NCBI GenBank assembly: GCA_963828165.1
Contig: CAWHDR010000001.1
Coordinates: 480,001-544,000 of the forward strand
Length of the DNA: 64,000 nt
Origin: an uncultured Chloroflexia bacterium
Lineage (GTDB): Bacteria > Chloroflexota > Limnocylindria > Limnocylindrales > CSP1-4
Reading direction: 5' to 3'
The notes under the pieces are model-generated. The model made no database searches. It was not told the DNA's origin and worked only from the letters and a program-made list of their open reading frames with translations. Shown piece by piece: positions 8,694 to 18,736 of the stretch. The first letter of the stretch is position 1. Each line of letters opens with the position of its first letter. Position numbers and translations under genes: made by a program.

Positions 8694-11474
8694 TTACGGC
8701 GCCGGTGCCGGCACGACCCGGATGGTCGCGTAGGTGTTGCCCTTGCCGACCTTGCGAACCTCGAACGAGACGCCGATCGCGACGCCGTCGTCAGCCGGGT
8801 TGCCGGTGCCGAGAACGATGTTCGAGCCAAGATCCACGCCGTAGAACTCGGGCAGCGGATTGCCGTTCGCATCGACCACGCGGGTCGAATACGGGGCGTT
8901 ACCGACCGAAGGCACGACGACCGAGGCGTCGATGTCGCGGAAGAACAGGCTGCTCCCCCGGATCTCGATGCCTGGATACCAGCCCTTCGCGTCCGTGAAC
9001 TTGCGGACCGCGGACTGCGACCCGAAGTTCGTGCAGTACTCACTGAACGGCTCTGCGGGCAGCAGCTCGAAGCACTCGCGGAACGGGTACGTGCTGCGCA
9101 GGCCGAACGCGATGTTCGACGACTGCGGGCGCGATGGGAGGTTGTTGAGGGTCGATGGATCCTTGTCGGCCGCCAGCCCTGTCCGCCGGAACGGGTCGAA
9201 GTGGCTGTCGACGAGGAGGAGGCCACCCTTCGAGCCGGTGCTCGGCAGGGCCGTGGTCGTCGTGGTCACGTGGTTGTTGTTTCCCCACGTGGTGTCGCGG
9301 TACCAGACGAGCATGCCAGGGGCGTTGTACTTGATCTTCTCGACCTTCCACGCGTCGTGGAGGTAGGTCGAGTCGTACGTGTACTGCAGGCCCTTGTCGA
9401 AACCGTCGAAGTTCCGCCACTCGGCCATGTAGTAGTGGGCCTTGACCTGCGTACCCGAGTCGCGGTGCCAGCCAACGCCGGTCGTATTGGTGAAGGTGGA
9501 TACCACGGGCACCCAGTCGCCGTCGGTCTCCGCGTCGTCACTCCAGACGGTCGCGCCGCCCGAGGTGATCGAGAAGTCGTCGGCGAACCAGTTGCGCTCC
9601 TGGAACGCTTCGTCGGTCGCGAGTCGCAGTCGGAGCTTGATGTTCTGGCCGGCGAACGGGGCCAGCTTGACGTAGTCGAGACGCCAGCCGTGGCTGTCAC
9701 CGGTCAAGCCGTACTTCTTGTCGCCGTAGTCGTGCATCCGGCCGTTCGGGTCGGCATACCCATCGGGCGTCGAGACCTCGACGTCGGCGCCCGTGTAGAT
9801 CTTCTGCTCGGCCCACGTCGTGCCGCCATCGGTCGAGACCTCGAGGAACCCGAAGTCCCAGTCTGCCTCGATGACGTAGTTGTTCCAGAGATTGAACCGG
9901 GTGTCGGCGCCGGCCGGCACCGCGATGTCGCGGGTCAGTCGGACGTCCGCATTGGCCTGGTCGGAACCGCTGTACCACATGCCGGTCCCGCTGTGCGGCT
10001 CGGCGAGGGTGATGACCTTGTTCGGAAGGTCGACCTTGATGCCGTCCTTCGTGCCCTTCGGGGTCCGCGACGTCTGGCCGAGCTGGACATTGCGCGCCGC
10101 CGAGCCCGGAGTGAGGATCAGCGGGTCGGCCCAGCCGAGCACCCACTTGTCCCACAGTCCCATGTGCGTCGGGAGCGACTGGAAGATCGGGCCGCTGTGC
10201 GAGCCCGTGCTCATGAGATCCCAGAAGTCGACAGCGGACTCACCGGCACCCGAGGTGTCGTACAGGTCCGGCAGGCCCAGATCATGGCCGTACTCGTGGG
10301 CGAACACGCCCACACCCGAGTCCTCGGGCTGCACGATGTAGTTCCAGACCTCGATGTCGGTGCCCGGAACCTGGTGGCCGCCGATGATGGTCGAGGAGTG
10401 TGCCCAGATGGCGTAGACGCCCTGCGCGCCACCGCCACCGGACTTGTCCTCGCCCGAGTGGACGAGCACGAGGTGGTCGACGATGCCGTCAGGCTCGAAG
10501 ACGTTGCCGTCACCGTCGGCATCGCCCTGGTCCTCGATGTCGTAGTCCTCCCAGGGGAAGTCCGGCTGCGCGGCTGCGAGTGCGTCGACGGCATGCTCGC
10601 CGAGCGTGCCGGCGCCGCCGGGGTTGTCCGGATGGCCGTTCATGGACTGGATGGCACCGGCTTCCCACACGCCCGCGGCGTTCTGGAAGCAGCGGTTAGC
10701 GCCGTACCACCCCTCGGAATGCGGGACGGTCACCCACGGGGTGGCCGAGCCATTCACGGTGTACGCGCCCTTGGACATCTCCTCGTACATGTTCTTCATG
10801 GTGTAACCGGAGATGTCGATGCCGGCCTTGCCGTCGGGACCGATCAGGTCGGGCCGGACCCGGGTGGTGATGCCCGTCTTGGTGTAGAGCATCTTGTTGA
10901 AGTGGTCCGGCGAGAAGTCCGGCACCCAGAACGTGTTGTTGTCCTCGTGGGTGTAGGTCGTCGGATCCGGGATCTTGTTGTGGAGCGGACCGTTCTGGAC
11001 GTTACCGGGGATGCATTCGCGGCTCTCGAATACCGTCCGCGGCACCATGCTGCCCGTAAAATCGTCGTTCGCCGAGTTGTTGAACTCGACGAGGATCGTC
11101 AGGAGCCGAGCCTCCTGCATGTTCTTGGCTTGCTTGATCTTGCGCGGGCTCGTCTTGGCCTTCATGGCCTTGGCCTCGATCTTGGCCAGCATCTTCGCAT
11201 CGCGCGGGTTGCCGCCGGCGAACTTGCGATCGACCGCGTTGGCCTTATCGATCGCGGCCTTGCGGAGGCCGTTCTTGCCCTTGACTTCCTTGCCGCTGGT
11301 CGAGCGTTCGGCCTGCGGCGCGGCGTAGTTGATGTAGTAGCCGAGGTCTTCGGCCGGGGAAGGTTCGTCCGCGCTTGCGACTCGCTGGGCGACGAAGAGC
11401 GCCGAAGCGAGGAGCGCCAGGACGATGAACGGCGTCAGCAGCCGCATCGCGGCCGTACGCGTCGTCGGTGACAC
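8694..11474 (-). CDS. Secreted immune inhibitor A (M6) family metalloprotease
   Basis: Signal peptide; GVFAHEYGHDLGLPDLYD zinc motif, FWDLMSTGS Met-turn; C-terminal WDFGFLEVSTDGG and YYMAEWRN InhA segments; GTG start with GGAGGAG RBS. Confidence 0.93.
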   Translation of the reverse strand: MSPTTRTAAMRLLTPFIVLALLASALFVAQRVASADEPSPAEDLGYYINYAAPQAERSTSGKEVKGKNGLRKAAIDKANAVDRKFAGGNPRDAKMLAKIEAKAMKAKTSPRKIKQAKNMQEARLLTILVEFNNSANDDFTGSMVPRTVFESRECIPGNVQNGPLHNKIPDPTTYTHEDNNTFWVPDFSPDHFNKMLYTKTGITTRVRPDLIGPDGKAGIDISGYTMKNMYEEMSKGAYTVNGSATPWVTVPHSEGWYGANRCFQNAAGVWEAGAIQSMNGHPDNPGGAGTLGEHAVDALAAAQPDFPWEDYDIEDQGDADGDGNVFEPDGIVDHLVLVHSGEDKSGGGGAQGVYAIWAHSSTIIGGHQVPGTDIEVWNYIVQPEDSGVGVFAHEYGHDLGLPDLYDTSGAGESAVDFWDLMSTGSHSGPIFQSLPTHMGLWDKWVLGWADPLILTPGSAARNVQLGQTSRTPKGTKDGIKVDLPNKVITLAEPHSGTGMWYSGSDQANADVRLTRDIAVPAGADTRFNLWNNYVIEADWDFGFLEVSTDGGTTWAEQKIYTGADVEVSTPDGYADPNGRMHDYGDKKYGLTGDSHGWRLDYVKLAPFAGQNIKLRLRLATDEAFQERNWFADDFSITSGGATVWSDDAETDGDWVPVVSTFTNTTGVGWHRDSGTQVKAHYYMAEWRNFDGFDKGLQYTYDSTYLHDAWKVEKIKYNAPGMLVWYRDTTWGNNNHVTTTTTALPSTGSKGGLLLVDSHFDPFRRTGLAADKDPSTLNNLPSRPQSSNIAFGLRSTYPFRECFELLPAEPFSEYCTNFGSQSAVRKFTDAKGWYPGIEIRGSSLFFRDIDASVVVPSVGNAPYSTRVVDANGNPLPEFYGVDLGSNIVLGTGNPADDGVAIGVSFEVRKVGKGNTYATIRVVPAPAP

Positions 11475-11739
11475 GATCTGTCTCCTCCAGATTCGTAGGG
11501 TGACGCGAGCGCATGCGGCGGGGCCGCATGCGTCCACGGCGGAGCTGGGGGCGATCCAGCCGGTGCCTGGCCTCCAACATCAGACACGGCGATCTCACTT
11601 CGACGCCTGGGGATTGGGGCTCCCCAAGGCTCGAATGCGTTCGTGCTAGGACCCTAACGCCGTAACCGGCCGTGGGTCAACTCAGGGGCGGCGACGTGGC
11701 CACCATGCGTTGCTCGTTGGCAACGCAACTTTCTCGGGC

Positions 11740-12852
<1,113 letters not shown>

Positions 12853-12871
12853 TCACCCGGGGTGGCCGAGC

Positions 12872-13039
12872 ATGAGCGGCGCGTACGCCGCCCTCGGCAT
12901 CCTGCTCATCCTGTTCGCCATCCCGTTCGGGTTGATGCTGGCACCCCTGGCCATCGGCGTGATCGTCCTCGTGTTCGCCGTGCGCCGCATGGACCGGGCC
13001 GTCGGGCCCATGGATCGCTCGACATCGGCCTCGGCATGA
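12872..13039 (+). CDS. Small membrane protein
   Basis: 55-aa hydrophobic ORF with typical high-GC codon usage. Confidence 0.5.
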   Translation: MSGAYAALGILLILFAIPFGLMLAPLAIGVIVLVFAVRRMDRAVGPMDRSTSASA

Positions 13040-13290
13040 GCGACCTCCTCCTGCTGGCCGTCGTGATCGGTTTCCCGGCCGCGACGATCCTCGGCTTCCT
13101 CGGTCTCCTGACGCTCGGGGTGGCGGCCGTCGCGGATCTCGACGGGAACGGCCCCATGCACGCCCCATCCGGCCCACTCGATGGCGCGGCTCAACCGGCG
13201 CCGGGGTCGTCCTCGAGCGTATCCACCGCCGTCGGATCGCCGACGAGCGGCCCCGCTGCCCGGATGTCGTCGGTCACGCCGGCGGCGTAA
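13036..13290 (+). CDS. Possible small membrane protein
   Basis: ATGA overlap with the previous ORF and a hydrophobic N-terminus, but it overlaps the pckA 3' end by ~100 nt. Confidence 0.3.
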   Translation: MSDLLLLAVVIGFPAATILGFLGLLTLGVAAVADLDGNGPMHAPSGPLDGAAQPAPGSSSSVSTAVGSPTSGPAARMSSVTPAA

Positions 13291-14852
13291 TCGGCGAAGT
13301 TCGCGGCGAACATCCCCGCGAGGATCCTGGCCTGTCGGTCATAGGCGTCCTTGTCTGCCCATGTGGCGCGGGGGTCCAGGAACGACGCCGGCACGTCCGG
13401 ACAGGTCAGCGGGACCTCGACGCCGAAGTTCGGATCGACCCGCATCTCCACGGACGCGAGAGCGCCGTTGAGCGCCGCCCGGACCATCGCCCGGGTGTGC
13501 GCGATGTCCATGCGCTCGCCTGTTCCGTACGGCCCGCCCGTCCAGCCGGTATTGACGAGCCAGACGGTGGCGTCCTGGGCGGCCAGGCGCTCGGTCAGCA
13601 TCGCGGCGTAGAGACCCGGGTGACGCGGCATGAACGGGGCTCCGAAACAGGCGCTGAAGGTTGCCTTGGGCTCCTTGACCCCGACCTCGGTGCCGGCCAG
13701 CTTGGCGGTGTACCCGCTGATGAAGTGGTAGGCAGCCTGGGCGTGGGTCAGCCGCGAGATCGGCGGCAGCACGCCGAACGCATCGGCCGTCAGCAGCACG
13801 ACGGTCCGTGGCTGGCCGGTCATCCCGGTCGGGTCGGCGTTGCCGATGTAGTGCAGCGGATACGCGCCCCGGGTGTTCTCGGTGAAGCGCTCGGAGTCGA
13901 GATCGAGTTCGCGCGTGTCCGGGTCCAGGTCGACGTTCTCGAGCACGGTCCCGAAGCGCCGGGTCGTCTGGAAGATGTCGGGTTCGTACATCGGTGAGAG
14001 CCGGATCGTCTTCGCGTAGCAGCCGCCCTCGAAGTTGAACAGGCCGTCCGGGCCCCAGCCGTGCTCGTCGTCGCCGATGAGGCTGCGCTCGGGGTCCGCG
14101 GAGAGGGTGGTCTTGCCGGTCCCGCTGAGCCCGAAGAAGACGACGGGGTCCCCGGCCTTGCCGACGTTGACCGATGAGTGCATCGGCAGGACGCCCTCGT
14201 CGGGCATGAGGTGGTTCATGACGGTGAACGCCGACTTCTTGATCTCGCCCGCGTACTCCGTGCCGACGATCAGGATCTCCATGCGCTCGAGATGGACGAG
14301 GATCGCCGTCTCGGTGCGCGTTCCCTCGGTGGCCGGATCGGCCTTGAACGACGGAACGCAGATGATCGTGAAGTTCGGTTCGAAACCCACGAGGTCCGCC
14401 GCCCCCGGGCGGCGGAAGAGGTTGCGCGCGAACAGGCTGGCCCAGGCGGTCTCGGTGTAGATGCGCAGCCGGCGCTGGTGGGTCGGATCCGCCCCGATGT
14501 GGAGGTCCTGCGCGTAGAGCTCCTTCTCGGCGCAGTAGGCGACCAGGCGCGCACGGAGGCGGTCGTAGTTCGCCTCGGTGATCGGCCGGTTGACCTCGCC
14601 CCACCAGATCTTGTCGCGGGTGGTGGGCTCGTCGACGATGAACTTGTCCTGGGGCGAGCGACCGGTGTGCTTGCCGGTGCGGACGACCAGCGGGCCGTCC
14701 GCGGCGATGATGCCCTCGCCGGCTCGGATCGCGTCCTCCACGAGCTCGGCCGACGAGCGGTTCACCCGCAGGCGGCGGCCCAGCGGCGGGCGAACTCGGC
14801 CGGCGGCGGGCGTCGGGGGATGATCGGGGCGGGCGGGATGCGTGGTGGCCAT
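13191..14852 (-). CDS. pckA: Phosphoenolpyruvate carboxykinase (ATP)
   Basis: TGRSPQDKF, YAGEIKKS, FFGLSGTGKTTLSAD, IGDDEHGW, NFEGGCYAK, TENTRGAYP. Confidence 0.97.
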   Translation of the reverse strand: MATTHPARPDHPPTPAAGRVRPPLGRRLRVNRSSAELVEDAIRAGEGIIAADGPLVVRTGKHTGRSPQDKFIVDEPTTRDKIWWGEVNRPITEANYDRLRARLVAYCAEKELYAQDLHIGADPTHQRRLRIYTETAWASLFARNLFRRPGAADLVGFEPNFTIICVPSFKADPATEGTRTETAILVHLERMEILIVGTEYAGEIKKSAFTVMNHLMPDEGVLPMHSSVNVGKAGDPVVFFGLSGTGKTTLSADPERSLIGDDEHGWGPDGLFNFEGGCYAKTIRLSPMYEPDIFQTTRRFGTVLENVDLDPDTRELDLDSERFTENTRGAYPLHYIGNADPTGMTGQPRTVVLLTADAFGVLPPISRLTHAQAAYHFISGYTAKLAGTEVGVKEPKATFSACFGAPFMPRHPGLYAAMLTERLAAQDATVWLVNTGWTGGPYGTGERMDIAHTRAMVRAALNGALASVEMRVDPNFGVEVPLTCPDVPASFLDPRATWADKDAYDRQARILAGMFAANFADYAAGVTDDIRAAGPLVGDPTAVDTLEDDPGAG

Positions 14853-15064
14853 CAGTGGTCGGACTCCTTGGCGCGAGTCATCACGTCACGAGTCGACCGG
14901 CCGCGCGTGATGCGGGCCCTGACGGGCACCGCAAGAGTCGGCTTCCACAGTCGCGTAGGGCGGGATTGTACATGGGTCGGCGGCTGGAGGTTGCGCTCCG
15001 GTGGCGAGAAGGTTGCGTCGGGGCACCGCCGCGGTTCCGTTTCTGGCCTGCGGCGCGCCGTGCC

Positions 15065-15093
15065 TTGACGATTGCCCAGGCCGCACCTAGCAT
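15065..15093 (+). promoter_or_regulatory. Sigma70-type promoter for the riboswitch/thrC-like transcript
   Basis: TTGACG-17 nt-TAGCAT about 20 nt before the riboswitch. Confidence 0.6.
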
Positions 15094-15112
15094 CGCCCTA
15101 CAACTGAAGAGC

Positions 15113-15218
15113 GCTTATCAAGAGTGGCAGAGGGACCGGCCCGTTGAAGCCACGACAACCTACCGGCGCGATGCCGGCAAGGTGCCAATTCCGGGCAGGT
15201 CCTCCTGCGAGATAAGGG
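15113..15218 (+). ncRNA. SAM-I (S-box) riboswitch
   Basis: CTTATCAAGAG..GGCAGAGGGACCGGCCCGTTGAAGCC..ACAACC..GGTGCCAATTCC..GATAAG matches the SAM-I consensus; P1 is CTTATC/GATAAG. Confidence 0.93.
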
Positions 15219-15309
15219 AACTCTTCGGAGCCCCCTCGAAGCGATCAGGCTCGTCCGTCCGTACCGGTCCCCGCGCCGCGCCACGCCGCCCACGCCCGGA
15301 GACCACGAA

Positions 15310-16644
15310 ATGACGACCGATACGCTGACCCCGCCGACAACGACGACACGAGACGCGCCAGCCGTTGTCGCCCGCGGGCGCCTGACCGGCATGACCTGTC
15401 GCAACTGCGGCCTCACCCAGCCGATCGCCCTGGCCTACGTCTGTCCGGCCTGCTTCGGACCGCTCGAGGTGACCTACGACCTGGCCGTGGTCGCGGCCAC
15501 GCTGACACACGAGACGATCGCGCGGCGCGCGCCGGGCATCTGGCGCTACCTGGAGCTGCTCCCGGTCGACGCGGCGCCGGCGCGGTCGCTGCCAGTCGGC
15601 TCCACGCCGTTGCTCGATGCCGCCCGGCTGGCCCCGACCCTGGGCGTCGACCGGCTCTGGCTGAAGGACGACACCCGCAATCCATCCCTGAGCTTCAAGG
15701 ATCGGGCGGTCGCGATCGCAGCCGCACGCGCCGTGGGATTCGGCGTGCCGGCGCTCGCCTGCGCCTCGACCGGGAATCTCGCGGGCGCCACGGCGGCCGC
15801 GGCGGCGGCAGTCGGGATTCCCGCCTATGTGTTCATCCCGGCCGACCTCGAGCCCGCCAAGGTCGACCACGCGTTGGCCTACGGCGCGACCGTGGTCCCC
15901 ATCGACGGCACCTACGACGACGTCAACCGCCTGTGCCTGGAAGTGGCAGACGAGACCGGCTGGGGCTTCGTCAACATCAACCTGCGGCCGTTCTACGCGG
16001 AGGGTTCGAAGACCCTCGCCTACGAGATCGCCGAGTCGCTCGGCTGGCGCACGCCGGACGTGATCGTCGGACCGGTCGCGTCGGGCGCGATGTTCACCCG
16101 CGTCGCGCGCGGGTTCGAGGAGCTCGCCGACCTCGGTCTCGTCGAGCGCCGGCCGATCCGGTTCGTCGGCGGTCAGGCGGCTGGCTGTGCGCCCGTGGCC
16201 ACGGCCTGGGAGGCGGGAACGGACGTCATCACCCCGGTTCGGGAGCCGGACACGATCGTCCGCTCGCTGGCCATCGGCAACCCGGCCGACGGGCGCTACG
16301 CGGTCGAGGTCGCCCGGGATAGCGGCGGCTCGATCGAGGCGATCTCCGACGAGGTCACCGCGGCGGCGATCCGCGATGTCGCGCGGCTCGAAGGGCTCTA
16401 CCCGGAGACGGCCGGCGGCGTGACGCTCGGCGCGGTCGCCGCCGCGCGGCGACGCGGCGTGATCCGCGATGGTGACGAGGTCGTGGCGCTCCTCACAGGC
16501 AACGGACTCAAGACGCCCGACGCCCGCCTCCTCGGGCTGCCGGACGGCGGCAACGCCCCGGCCCGACCCGGACAGCCCGGGCTCGCCCCGGTCATCCGCC
16601 CGAGCCTGACGGCCTTCGAAGCCTGGCTGGAGGACGCTTCATGA
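15310..16644 (+). CDS. Threonine synthase-like PLP enzyme (possibly a carrier-dependent O-phosphohomoserine sulfhydrylase)
   Basis: N-terminal CxxC..CxxC, NPSLSFKDR (PLP Lys), ASTGNLA, EGSKTLAYEI, LTGNGLK; downstream of the SAM riboswitch. Confidence 0.88.
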   Translation: MTTDTLTPPTTTTRDAPAVVARGRLTGMTCRNCGLTQPIALAYVCPACFGPLEVTYDLAVVAATLTHETIARRAPGIWRYLELLPVDAAPARSLPVGSTPLLDAARLAPTLGVDRLWLKDDTRNPSLSFKDRAVAIAAARAVGFGVPALACASTGNLAGATAAAAAAVGIPAYVFIPADLEPAKVDHALAYGATVVPIDGTYDDVNRLCLEVADETGWGFVNINLRPFYAEGSKTLAYEIAESLGWRTPDVIVGPVASGAMFTRVARGFEELADLGLVERRPIRFVGGQAAGCAPVATAWEAGTDVITPVREPDTIVRSLAIGNPADGRYAVEVARDSGGSIEAISDEVTAAAIRDVARLEGLYPETAGGVTLGAVAAARRRGVIRDGDEVVALLTGNGLKTPDARLLGLPDGGNAPARPGQPGLAPVIRPSLTAFEAWLEDAS

Positions 16645-16913
16645 GCACCGTTCGCATCCCCCCGACCCTCCGAACCTCGACCGGCGGGGCCAAGCTCGTC
16701 GACGTCTCGGGCGGCACGGTCCGCGAGGTGATCGCGGGCCTGGTCGCCGCGCATCCCGGGCTCGAATCGCAGCTGATCGCCCCGGACGGCGACCTGAACC
16801 GCTTCGTGAACGCCTTCCTCAACGACACCGACGTGCGCCACCTCCAGGCGCTCGACACCCCCGTCGGCGAGGCGGACACCCTCGTGCTCCTTCCGGCGAT
16901 GGCCGGCGGCTGA
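16641..16913 (+). CDS. MoaD/ThiS-family ubiquitin-like sulfur carrier
   Basis: VRIPPTLR..LNRFVNAFLND..LLPAMAGG with C-terminal GG; ATGA overlap with the upstream gene. Confidence 0.93.
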   Translation: MSTVRIPPTLRTSTGGAKLVDVSGGTVREVIAGLVAAHPGLESQLIAPDGDLNRFVNAFLNDTDVRHLQALDTPVGEADTLVLLPAMAGG

Positions 16914-16921
16914 CTCCGTCC

Positions 16922-18085
16922 TTAGGCGCCGTCGAGGGCTCTCGCGAGGTCGGCGATCAGGTCATCGACACCTTCGATGCCGACCGAGAGGCGCACGAGG
17001 GCCGGATCGACCTCGAGCGGTGAACCCGCGACCGACATGTGGGTCATCGCGGCGGGGATCTCGATCAGGGACTCCACGCCGCCGAGCGACTCGGCCAGGG
17101 TGAACAGTCGCGTCCCTTCGGCGATGGCGATCGCCCGTTCCGCGGCCGATCCACCCGAGCCAGGGGCGGGCACGAACGACACCATCCCGCCGACGGCCGG
17201 GTAGAACACCTTCGCCACGTCCGGCCGCTCGCGCAGGAACGCCGCCACGGCCGCCGCGTTCGACTGATGGCGCTCCACGCGCAGATGCAGTGTCCGTAGC
17301 CCGCGTAGCACGAGGAAGCAGTCCTGCGGCCCTGGCACGGCGCCCATCGCGTTCTGGAGGAAACGCAACCGCTCCCCGACTGCGTCGTCAGAGGTGATGG
17401 CCAGGCCAAGGATCGTGTCGGAATGGCCGGCGAGATACTTCGTGGCCGAGTGGAACACGATGTCGGCACCGAGCGTCAGCGGCCGCTGGATCGCTGGCGA
17501 GGCGAACGTGTTGTCGACGACGATCAGCGGCCGGCGGCCGCCTTCTGCCGCCCGACGCTCGACGGTCGCGGCGACCGCGGCGATGTCGACGGTCTTGAGC
17601 AACGGATTGGTGGGCGTCTCGAACCACACGAGCCGCGTCCGCTCCGACAGCGCCTCCCAGAGCATGTCCGGACCGGCGGCCAGATCCACGTACGACGTCG
17701 TGACGCCGGCGCCCTTGCGGACCTTCTCGAGATACCGATAGGTGCCGCCGTAGACGTCGTCCCCGACCACCACCTCGTCGCCCGGGCCGGCGAGCTCGGC
17801 GATCGCGGCGGTCGCCGCCGAACCCGACGCGAAGGCGAACCCGTGGCGGCCGCCCTCGAGTGTCGCGATCGCGCGCTCGAGCCGCTCCCGCGTGGGATTC
17901 TGCGATCGCGCGTACTCGTACCCGCCGCGTGGCTTTCCGACGCCGTCCTGCTGGTAGGTCGAGGTCTGGTAGATCGGCGGCGCCACCGCGCCGGTCAGCT
18001 CGTCGGGCTCGGCGCCAGCATGAACGGCGAGGGTGTCGAACGAGAGGTCTGCTTCGTCGGTCGGTCCGGGCATCGCGGCCATCAT
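16922..18085 (-). CDS. Cystathionine gamma-lyase/gamma-synthase family PLP enzyme
   Basis: PPIYQTSTY, YARSQNPTR, ETPTNP, DNTFASP, HSATKYLAGHSD, LAESLGGVESL. Confidence 0.93.
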   Translation of the reverse strand: MMAAMPGPTDEADLSFDTLAVHAGAEPDELTGAVAPPIYQTSTYQQDGVGKPRGGYEYARSQNPTRERLERAIATLEGGRHGFAFASGSAATAAIAELAGPGDEVVVGDDVYGGTYRYLEKVRKGAGVTTSYVDLAAGPDMLWEALSERTRLVWFETPTNPLLKTVDIAAVAATVERRAAEGGRRPLIVVDNTFASPAIQRPLTLGADIVFHSATKYLAGHSDTILGLAITSDDAVGERLRFLQNAMGAVPGPQDCFLVLRGLRTLHLRVERHQSNAAAVAAFLRERPDVAKVFYPAVGGMVSFVPAPGSGGSAAERAIAIAEGTRLFTLAESLGGVESLIEIPAAMTHMSVAGSPLEVDPALVRLSVGIEGVDDLIADLARALDGA

Positions 18086-18098
18086 GGCACCCGCGCCA

Positions 18099-18659
18099 TC
18101 AGGCTGTGGCGGCCCAATCGTCGAGCTCGAAGACCAGCTCCTTGCCATCGATGTCGTCGATCTGGGCGCCGACCTGACGGAAGCCGAACTTGGCGATGAC
18201 GGCGAGCGAAGGCAGGTTGTCCGGCGCGACGGCGGCCCGGAACCGGTTCACACCGTGCTCCACGACGGCCCAGTCGAGGAGCGCCCGAACCACCTCCGTG
18301 GCGACGCCCTTGCGCCGCTCCGCCCCCTCGACCCGGTAGCCGATCTCGACCCGTCCACTGTCGTCGGGCGGGCTGTGGAACCCGCACGTCCCGATGACCC
18401 GGCGTGATCCGTCCGGCTCTGTGCGCACGATCGCCCGGCCCAGCCACGGTTGTGCCGTCGGGTCGATGGAGAGGTCGGCGATGCGGAACTGCAGGAAGTG
18501 ATCGAGCTGTTCGGCCAGATCCGGAGGGATCGTCGCGCCGATCTCGGCTTCGGCGGCCGGGATGTCGCCCGCCAGCAGCGTCCGCATGAACGGCAGCGAC
18601 ATCGACACGAGCTCGTATCGAGGGGTGCGGATGGCTGGGACGTCGGTCACGACGCCCAT
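18099..18659 (-). CDS. GNAT acetyltransferase (RimJ/RimL-like)
   Basis: IGTCGFH..VEIGY..RRKGVATE..NLPSLAVIAKFGF. Confidence 0.85.
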   Translation of the reverse strand: MGVVTDVPAIRTPRYELVSMSLPFMRTLLAGDIPAAEAEIGATIPPDLAEQLDHFLQFRIADLSIDPTAQPWLGRAIVRTEPDGSRRVIGTCGFHSPPDDSGRVEIGYRVEGAERRKGVATEVVRALLDWAVVEHGVNRFRAAVAPDNLPSLAVIAKFGFRQVGAQIDDIDGKELVFELDDWAATA

Positions 18660-18736
18660 GATCCAACGTCACGGCCAAGGATCTCGCTCCGTGCGGTGGT
18701 CAACCCCTGAACCCACGGATCACGCGACGTGGCGAT

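Noticed and set aside
11480-11735. Hairpins between mdh and the M6 protease as a possible riboswitch
   Set aside because: No match to aptamer consensus sequences I recognise; could be a terminator plus chance GC stems
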